Positions 55,749 through 64,000 of a stretch of 64,000 nucleotides of DNA are shown piece by piece. The translations under genes and the position numbers were made by a program. The number at the start of each line of letters is the position of its first letter. Positions within the stretch are counted from its first letter, which is position 1. The DNA comes from Eledone cirrhosa (lineage: Eukaryota), in contig OZ024742.1 of NCBI GenBank assembly GCA_964016885.1, positions 49,104,001 through 49,168,000 of the forward strand. Reading direction: 5' to 3'. Below the pieces are notes generated by a model. That model worked only from the letters and a program-made list of their open reading frames with translations. It had not been told where the DNA came from and did no database searches.

Positions 55749-57697
55749 TTAAAAGAGGAAAAGAGACCACTCACTCTTGGTCTCCTGGGGACCAGGCCGC
55801 ACGATTTCCATGGGGGTGTTGGAGGGGTTGTCTGGATGGGTGGTGGTTTCCGGCGGGGTAGGGACGGAGATGTTTTGTGGGGTGGGGTCTGGTGGGATGG
55901 GGGTGTCTGGGGTGGGGAGACATTTGAGAAGGACTCGGTTAAGTGATTTCACGCAGGAATTCCCCACATCCTTCTCAAATGTTTCTTTTAGGGACCTATA
56001 AGTTTGCGTAGGGACCCTAATCAGTTTTAGGTTCAGTTTTTTGTTATTTTTAATAGAGTGGGCGAAAGTTTTCCCTTCGGTTTTCACCGAAGGGTCATTC
56101 GTGATGGTCTCCATTAGTGTTTTGTTTTCAGTATTTATGTAAGTGTAAGTGTAATTTTCTTGTGTTGTGTTTGTTTTTGTCTGTAGTTCTTGTGTGTGCT
56201 TTCGTTTTGTTGTAGGTATTTGGTTTTCAGGAGGTGGGGGTTTTGTTTGTGATGTTTTTGTTGTTTGTGTTGGTGGTTGTATGTTTGTGGTAGTGTTTGC
56301 TGGTTTTTTGCTTTTGTGATGTCTTTTCTTTTTTTCGAGCGATGGGGTTCTCCCTCGTCTTCACTGGGTGATAGCGAGATAGCCTCATCTGTTGTATCGT
56401 CTGTGTGATTGGGGAGGGGTATGTCTTGGGGAGCTGTTGTGTCTGTATGTGATTTTGCAGTGGTTTTAGGTGGTGTGAGGTTGGGTGGGACTGTGTTTGT
56501 TGTGGTTATTTTTGTGTGTTGGTGTTGTTGTTGCTGTGGTGGTGTTGGTGGTTGTGTTGTTTTGATGAGTGTCGGCAGAAGTGCCTTTTTTTAATTCATT
56601 AATTTAGGACAGGAAGCCCTCAGGTGACCCCTGCTAAAGCAATGGTAACATGAAGGCCGCCTGCCCTCAACCGAAAAGTTTATGTAGGTGAGTCCGTCGA
56701 GGAGTACACGTTGTGGGATCATAGCTATTCGCTCTGGGCTCATTTGCACCAGAACTTCAATGCTAGTCCCATTGAATACATCTCTGGGGGACTTTCCTAC
56801 TGACAGCATTCTGTCTTCATCAAAATTGATGAAGCCGCACAGTATCCACCATATGTTCACCTTTGGTGTGACACTCGTGATTTTGATCTTTTGTGTCCTT
56901 TTTCCCATGTATGTAGGGAAAAAGGTGTACAGGTTGGATACAATTGGCGACACAGAGTAATTTTGGGCCGTCAATTGATCCTTCATGAGTACCGAAATAC
57001 TCCCAAAAAGTTTGTTTCTTTGAATGAATGCAATATCATTCATTGAATTATTGAAAACCAGTTCAATTTCTTTCTGTGACAATTGGACTGGTTTTCGGGT
57101 AGAATTGGAAACTGTCCTAAAAACTATCGTTTTGAGAGCAGTTTCCTTGCGAATTTCTACCGGATAATTGATGCTGAAAGCACCATTTTTTTCGAAAGTG
57201 ACATATCTCCTAGCGTCCTTTAAAAGTTGTTCGGGATTTGTTATATCGAGATATATCAGTCCTCCTTTTTTTGAACTGTCTGTGCAAAGGAGGATTTTTG
57301 GCTTCTTTGTGGAATTATCCGTATTGGTGGTGTTGTCATTATTGTTGTTATTGTTTTTGTTATTCTTGTTGTCACCGATGTTGATATTATTCGTATTTTC
57401 CTTGGTGTTGGTGTTGGTGTTGTTGTTGTCTTTGATGCTGGTGTTATTGGTGTTGTCTTTATTTTTTTCTTTGTTGTTGTTATCATTGTTGTTTTTATCA
57501 TCATTGTTGGTGTTGCTGTTATTTTTGTTGTCATTGAATTGTTTGGTGTCATTTGTGTTGTTTGGATATGAATTTGTTTTTACATTTTCATTTCGTCCTT
57601 CCATCTCTATAGTATCTAGGGAAGAAGACGATGTTGACTGCGAGCTTTGTAGTCTCACCGACTCTCCACCACCATTATCGTTGGACGCAGCGTTCAT
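55749..57697 (-). pseudogene. Tx1-like ORF1 (Gag-like, zinc knuckle); open 56591-57697, remainder frameshifted
   Basis: Asn-rich N-terminus; VEGRRPSCYHCFSRGHLRASC (CX2CX4HX4C). Confidence 0.8.
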
Positions 57698-57916
57698 AAC
57701 GTAATCAAACTTTTACAATATTTTTTCAAAAATTCGATGGAGAAAAACATTTTTCAAACGAATATTTCGCCCCTATAGGGGCGAAAATGAGTTGACCCAC
57801 CATCTGAAGGTCCAGACGGGGGGTCAAGTTACACAATAATATAAAATTTAACTGAAAACTCACGTTTTTTTCTTACATAAATTAACGGAAACTTCTTCGC
57901 GAAGTTACACACGTCT

Positions 57917-57948
<32 letters not shown>

Positions 57949-60039
57949 TATTTCTTTATTAGCCACAGGGGCACAAAAGAAGGGGACAAATACAAAGGGG
58001 GAAGTTTACATACAATAAAAACGTGTAAAATGTTATCACAGAGGGAATTTAAAAGTTAGTCGATTTTCCCCAATAGAGGGAGACAGTTTATATGGGTAAC
58101 ACATACCCCCGAAAAAAAATGTGCAACCCTCATCTCCAGGAGTACGAAGAGCTTGTACTCCTTTTCTCTCCTCCTCCTTTTCCTCAATCTACAGGCTGAT
58201 ATAGAGAGAAGGCCCATTCACTCGGGCCATTCTCGCCACTTTCACCCACCTTTCATAAAACTTGCTGGGGTACAGCACCTCTCTCTCCATCCTGATTCTT
58301 CTTCCAAAGTGGTATTTGAAAAAAAGAATCAGTTGTTGGCCGGAGAGAAAGGTGTCTGACCTCAGCCCTTTCAACCTTGTCTACCATACAACCTCTTTCG
58401 CCATAGCTATCACACAAAGGAAAACCGCCTCTCCTTCGTTTTTGAAGGAGGGTAGCGGTTTGATCATGACAATGGACTCGGTGGTCAACTGGATTGGTCC
58501 CACCCGCGACAATAGTCGTTCTACATATCCCCACAGGTCAGTGACGCCCGGGCAGTGTATGAATGCGTGCGCGACGGTTTCTTCGTCTCGCACGCACCTC
58601 GGACAGATCTTTTTTGCAGGGTCCCTGCCCGGGCGCCCATGTCTGTAGAGCTTGTCTCGAACTGGTAGAGCTCCTCGGTAGCACTGCCAGGCCAGGGACT
58701 TTTGGAAGTTGTCCATCGGTCCCGGGCGGAAGGTCCTACCGAACAGACTGGCCAGTTCATCTTCCTCCACGCCTAGAGTTTCACCGAGCGCGTCGTCGCA
58801 CTTGCTGCGGACCAACCCTCTATAGAATGACGAAGTGGAGTCTCCACTGATCGCCGGGTCCGCCTGCCAGAGGGCTGTGAGCGCCTGAGCACATTCGATG
58901 TGCCAGTCGCCCATTTTCCTCGGTCTCTGCTTGACCCAGGACTGCAGCTCGGTCAGTGAGACGAGTCGTGGGAAGGCTCGCCTCACGAACGGGGCCCACA
59001 CCGGTTGTCCGGTGAGGAATACGTAGAGATGCCGCAGCCTGAGCGCGTGTTTCGTATTCCTTTAGTAAGGTGCCGACTTTCTCGATTTGCGAGGCGCTCG
59101 ACACCATTACTGTCACGTCGTCGGCTTAGGCCGACGCCGCTTTCCGCAGTCCCGGTTCCAGAGGGATGCCCTGCAATAGCTCCAGCTTCCGCAGTAGTGG
59201 CTCGAGAGTCAGTACGTACAGAAGGGAGGAGAGAGGGCATCCCTGTCGAATGGATCGCGTAATATGGAACGGCTCCGAGCGGTAACCGTTCACCTTGACC
59301 CTTGAGCAGATGTTGCTGTTGTGCATTGCAGCAATCCAGCCCCTGAACACGGGTCCGAAGCCTGCCGCCTCGAGCACCGCATCCAGGTAACGATGGTCAA
59401 CCCTATCGAAAGCCTTAGACTGATCCAAGTTGATCAGGGCCCCACCGAAGCCGGGTTTACACCCTACCCTCTCTATGATGTATCGCATGAGGTGGAGGTT
59501 GTCGTGTATGGACCTGGTCGGGATCGCGCATGTCTGCGCTTCTCCCACCAGGTTCTCGACGACAAGCGCCAGCCTCTTTGCCAACACCTTGGCCAAAATC
59601 TGTAACTCTGTGTTTAGCAGAGTTATGGGCCGGAAGTTGCCTATGTCATCCCCCTTATTCTCGTCCTTCCTGATTAGTGTGACCACGCCCCCGGTTACAG
59701 AACTGGGAATTCTCCCGTTCTGTTGCCAGTTGCAGTAGACCGCTTCCAGGAGACCGGAGAATAAGTCCGGCATTGCTACGTAAAATTCGTAGGGTAGACC
59801 GTCGAGACCTGGAGATTTGCGTTTGCCGCATTGGCTCAGCGCGTCCCCTATCTCAGTGGCTGAAATCGGCTTTTCGCAGAACTTCGCCTCGCTGTCCGAG
59901 AGTCGCGGTAGGCCGTCGAGGTATGGACCGAAATCCATAGCCTCTCCCGAACAGCCGAGCAAAGTGCCGCTGAAAAGCCGCACACATCTGCTTCGGCTCA
60001 CGTATCACGCGTCCGTTTTGGTCCTTCAAAGACACGTCT
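57949..60039 (-). mobile_element. Tx1-like LINE, internally deleted copy
   Basis: Near-identical to the full copy; deletions near 59052, 59942 and 60032. Confidence 0.9.
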
Positions 60040-60046
60040 GATAGAG

Positions 60047-60101
<55 letters not shown>

Positions 60102-60307
60102 AAAAGTGAGAGAGGAACATGTAACATGAAAGAAAGATAGTTGTTTATAATGATTTATTTCTTTATTGATTGATTCTATTATTTCTGTGACTCACGATGG
60201 CGTATTGTTTCACATATATGTTGTTTTTATAGGTGGTGTCAATATTCAATAAGGTGGAACAGTTGGTGTGAAAGTAGAAGAAGCTCGCAGTAACCTACAT
60301 ATATCAT

Positions 60308-60378
<71 letters not shown>

Positions 60379-60518
60379 GACGTAAAATAAGAAAACTATA
60401 AAAATTTCACTCCAACTAATTAGTTTCTGAAAGGGAATAAACATAGTTTCTGAGGAAACCTATATATTTGCTGGCATAGGTATGCATCTGTATATATATG
60501 TTAGTAGATATACTTATT

Positions 60519-60578
<60 letters not shown>

Positions 60579-60582
<4 letters not shown>

Positions 60583-60711
60583 TGGCTGCCAACTCGCTTT
60601 CGAGTACGGTCACTACTTTATATCCATGTAGGAGAACCCCTACCGATGCGCTAAACGAGTGTGACTTTTTAGTCCAGCCAGCGACTTGAAAACTCTGGTA
60701 CAAACACTACA
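60579..60711 (-). mobile_element. RTE-partner element 3' fragment
   Basis: Reverse complement of its terminal ~130 bp. Confidence 0.85.
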
Positions 60712-62332
60712 CCATGGCTCCTTCGTATACTCTGACACTGTCTCTTTGGTTGTAGCCAGAGAACTGCATGCGGACACAGAACTCTGTATTAACACTATAG
60801 ACGAGAGAGCCCAAATTCTCCACTCACACTATGCTAAACCCATGGCCTTCAAATACCTGATACTCAAAAACTCAGCAATGTCCAGTAGTGCTAAGTTTAA
60901 TACTCTGATCGCAGATTTGGTACGAGTGATGAAGAATGTGTCCCGCATGTGCGATCCAACAGAAATCGAAAGACACATCCAACACTTCATCAACCGCATG
61001 CAGTTCTCTGGCTACAACCAAAGAGACAGAGTCAGAGTATACGAAGGAGCCATGGAGAAGAAGACCCTCATAGAACTGGACATGAAAGGAATTTGCCCAT
61101 TATACAGGAGCAAATCATGGAATAGCTTAGATAGGGCCAGACATAAGATAGGGAAAGCCACCTCATAGTACGACAACCAGAGATACCAGAGTGTCATGTT
61201 TGTGGACGCTACCCCTGGAGGGAAATTAGCTAACCAGTGTAGAAAGGCCCTGAGAAAGACCCACTTAAAAATAAAGGTGGTAGAAAAGCCAGGAACCACC
61301 ATAAAATACCTGATCAGCAAAACCTACCCTTTTAAGAAAACCCACTGTACCAATAGGAAATGTATCATATGTAAGGTAAACCCCCGGATAAACTGTAAAA
61401 CTAGAAACGTAGTCTATAGCATAAGATGTACAGAGGGTACCTGCAGAAACATGACAACAACATACATAGGTGAGACAGCTCGTAGCATAGGTGAAAGGAT
61501 AGACCAGCACTGGGGAACTAAAAGGACAAAAAAACGGGTCAGTACTATACGAACATGCCAGACAACAACATGATGGTAACATAGACAACATAGAAATTAG
61601 AATAATATCTAAACATAGAAATGACCCAGCAGATAGGCAAATCAGAGAGGCCAGTGAAATAGAACTTAGAAGACCAAGGCTAAACAGAAAGAATGAATGG
61701 AATAACAACAACACCCAAACAAACAACACTGACCTAAGAGGAGTATAAATAAGTAAATAAAATAAAATAAAATAAAATAAAATAAAATAAAATAAATAAA
61801 TAAATAAATAAATAAATAAATACATACACAAGCACAATAACAACAAACACATAAACACACATTAGTCACCCAATCACGAACACACATCACACATCAAACA
61901 AAACACTATACACACACGCAAACGCATGCGCAAAGAAGAAAAGATAAAATAAACAAACAAGTAAATAAATAAATAAATATATAGACAGACTGAATAAAAA
62001 TGGCGTAGCCATATAATTCAACAGGAGGAAACAATAGCACCACTGACGATGTTGCAGATGTGCAACGAAAGATTCATGATAAACTATATATATGTGTTTG
62101 TGTCTATATTGTATCTGTATTATTTTTTACCGTCGGTCAGTCAATGGCAACATTGAGGACCGAGTAAATTAGATTACCGATATAAAAGACACAGAAGCGA
62201 AAAGCGAAAACCAACCAAACAGTGAGTGTGTTCTGTTATTAATTCTGGCAATATTACACAAATATGACCCTCCCCAAGTATAACAATATTTGTTTCGACA
62301 CACGATTTCATATAAAAAACCTCGCAATACTA
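60712..62332 (+). mobile_element. Penelope-like element (Neptune/Nematis-like), 5'-truncated and disrupted
   Basis: HYAKPMA, SGY, MFVDATPGG, C..C...CKTRNVVYSIRC...YIGETARSIGER; end ACCCTCCCCAAGTATAACAAT shared with family B. Confidence 0.8.
62039..62080 (+). ncRNA. Hammerhead core in PLE pLTR
   Basis: CTGACGA T GTTGCA GATG TGCAAC GAAAGATTC; stems I and III weak. Confidence 0.55.
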
Positions 62333-62381
<49 letters not shown>

Positions 62382-62434
62382 TGTATGTATGTATGTATGT
62401 ATGTATGTATGTATGTATGTATGTATGTATGTAT

Positions 62435-63988
62435 AGGTCACCAGTTGGTGCTACTGGTAACATGTATCCCAGTACAACCTGTCTCATGGTCGAGTCGTTG
62501 GCGACTAAACTGGCAACCCCACCAAGGTTTCTTGGTGAGGAGGGTGACTTTTAAAAACAAAACCTGTCAAAGGGCAAAGGAGCTCTTAAGAGTCAATGGC
62601 CATCCAAAATCACCGGGAGAGATGACCCCTTGGCCTTTGTCAAGGCAGAATTCTAGGAGAAGGAAAACTCTGATATAACACCTGCAAACCTGATGGTATC
62701 TAATGATGTTGACTTGTTCTTCTTTTTGATAAATATCATCTTGGTTAAGAGAGTGGGACTGGCTTTGTGCAGAGCCTTTGCTCACTATAGAAGCTTCACG
62801 GCACGGGCATTGCTTTATATCTGGAAATCTCTCTGCACTTGTCGTCACATATTACCATGGGCCCGGCACTATGTGTCAATGATTGTCACAAGTGTAGTGT
62901 TTGTACCAGAGTTTTCGGGTCGCTGGCTGGGCTGAGTGGTCACACTCGTTCAGCATATCGGTGGGGGTTCTCCTACATGGATGTAAAGTAGTGGCCGTGC
63001 TCGAAAGCGAGTTGGCAGCCACCATGTATGTATATATGTATGTCAAAGGCCAAAGGAGCTCTTAAGAGTCAATGGCCATCCAAAATCACCGGGAGAGATG
63101 ACCCCTTAGCCTTTGTCAAGGCAGAATTCTAGGAGAAGGAAAACTCTGATATAACACCTGCAACCCTGATGGTATCCAATGATGTTGACTTGTTCTTCTT
63201 TTTCGTAAATATTATCTTGGTTAAGAGAGTGGGACTGACTTTGTGCAGTGCCTTTGCTCACTATAAAAGCTTTACGGCACAGGCATTGCTTTGTATCTGG
63301 AGATCTCTCTGCACTTGTCGTCATATGGTAACATGAGCCCAGCACTATGTGTCAATGATTGTCAAAAGTGTAGTGTTTGTACCAGAGTTTTCAAATCGTT
63401 GGCTGGACTAAAAAGTCACAATCGTTCAGCGCATTGGTAGGAGTTCTCCTACATGGATATAAAGTAGTGGCCGTACTCGAAAACGAGTTGGCAGCCACCA
63501 TGTATGTATATATATATATATGTGTATGTATGTAGCTCAAAGGAGCTCTTAAGAGTCAATGGCCATCCAAAATCACCGGGAGAGATGACCCCTTAGCCTT
63601 TGTCAAGGCAGAATTCTAGGAGAAGGAAAACTCTGATATAACACCTGCAACCCTGATGGTATCCAATGATGTTGACTTGTTCTTCTTTTTGGTACATATC
63701 ATCTTGTTTAAGAGATTGGGACTGGCTTTGTGCAGTGCCTTTGCTCACTATAAATGCTTCACGGCACAGGCATTGCTTTATATCTGGAGATCTCTCTGCA
63801 CTTGTCGTCAGATGGTACCATGGGCCCAGCACTATGTGTCAATAATTGTCAAAAGTGTAGTGTTTGTACCAGAGTTTTCAAATCGTTGGCTGGACTAAAA
63901 AGTCACACTCGTTCAGCGCATCCTTAGGAGTTCTCCTACATGGATATAAAGTAGTGGCCGTACTTGAAAACGAGTTGGCAGCCAGCAT
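62435..63988 (+). mobile_element. Three tandem RTE-partner elements (62435-63025, 63041-63501, 63537-63988)
   Basis: Head-to-tail copies separated by short ATGT tracts. Confidence 0.9.
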
Positions 63989-64000
63989 GTATGTATAAAC

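Larger units (their letters stand above)
52066..57917 (-). mobile_element. Tx1-like L1-clade LINE, full length, disrupted
   Basis: 5' UTR, ORF1 and ORF2, 3' AATAAAG; (GATA)n on both sides. Confidence 0.9.

Noticed and set aside
57168-57704. Hydrophobic Leu-rich ORF on + strand
   Set aside because: Antisense of the Asn-rich Tx1 ORF1

Overview
AT-rich, microsatellite-saturated eukaryotic DNA, intergenic or intronic and made almost entirely of transposable elements. The MetaSINE-type SINE and overall composition suggest a cephalopod (Octopus-like) genome; this is inference. No host gene can be called with confidence. Contents: one RTE LINE and seven copies of a non-autonomous partner sharing its 3' end; four Penelope-like elements (PLEs), one with a 627-aa open RT+GIY-YIG ORF; four Tx1-like L1-clade copies in (TATC)n/(TC)n tracts; CRE-like and R4-like fragments; two non-autonomous Helitrons; and many tRNA-derived SINEs. 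The main hidden signal is a dense set of type-I hammerhead ribozyme (HHR) motifs, about 15 intact or near-intact, from many unrelated sequence families. Most sit in non-coding fold-back mini-elements inserted in (TA)n. They show palindromic stem III, compensatory U3-A8 cores, a retrozyme-like 413-nt tandem monomer, and inversion breakpoints that fall on ribozyme landmarks. Most short ORFs in the supplied track are microsatellite artefacts. Element boundaries were read by eye and may be off by a few nt.
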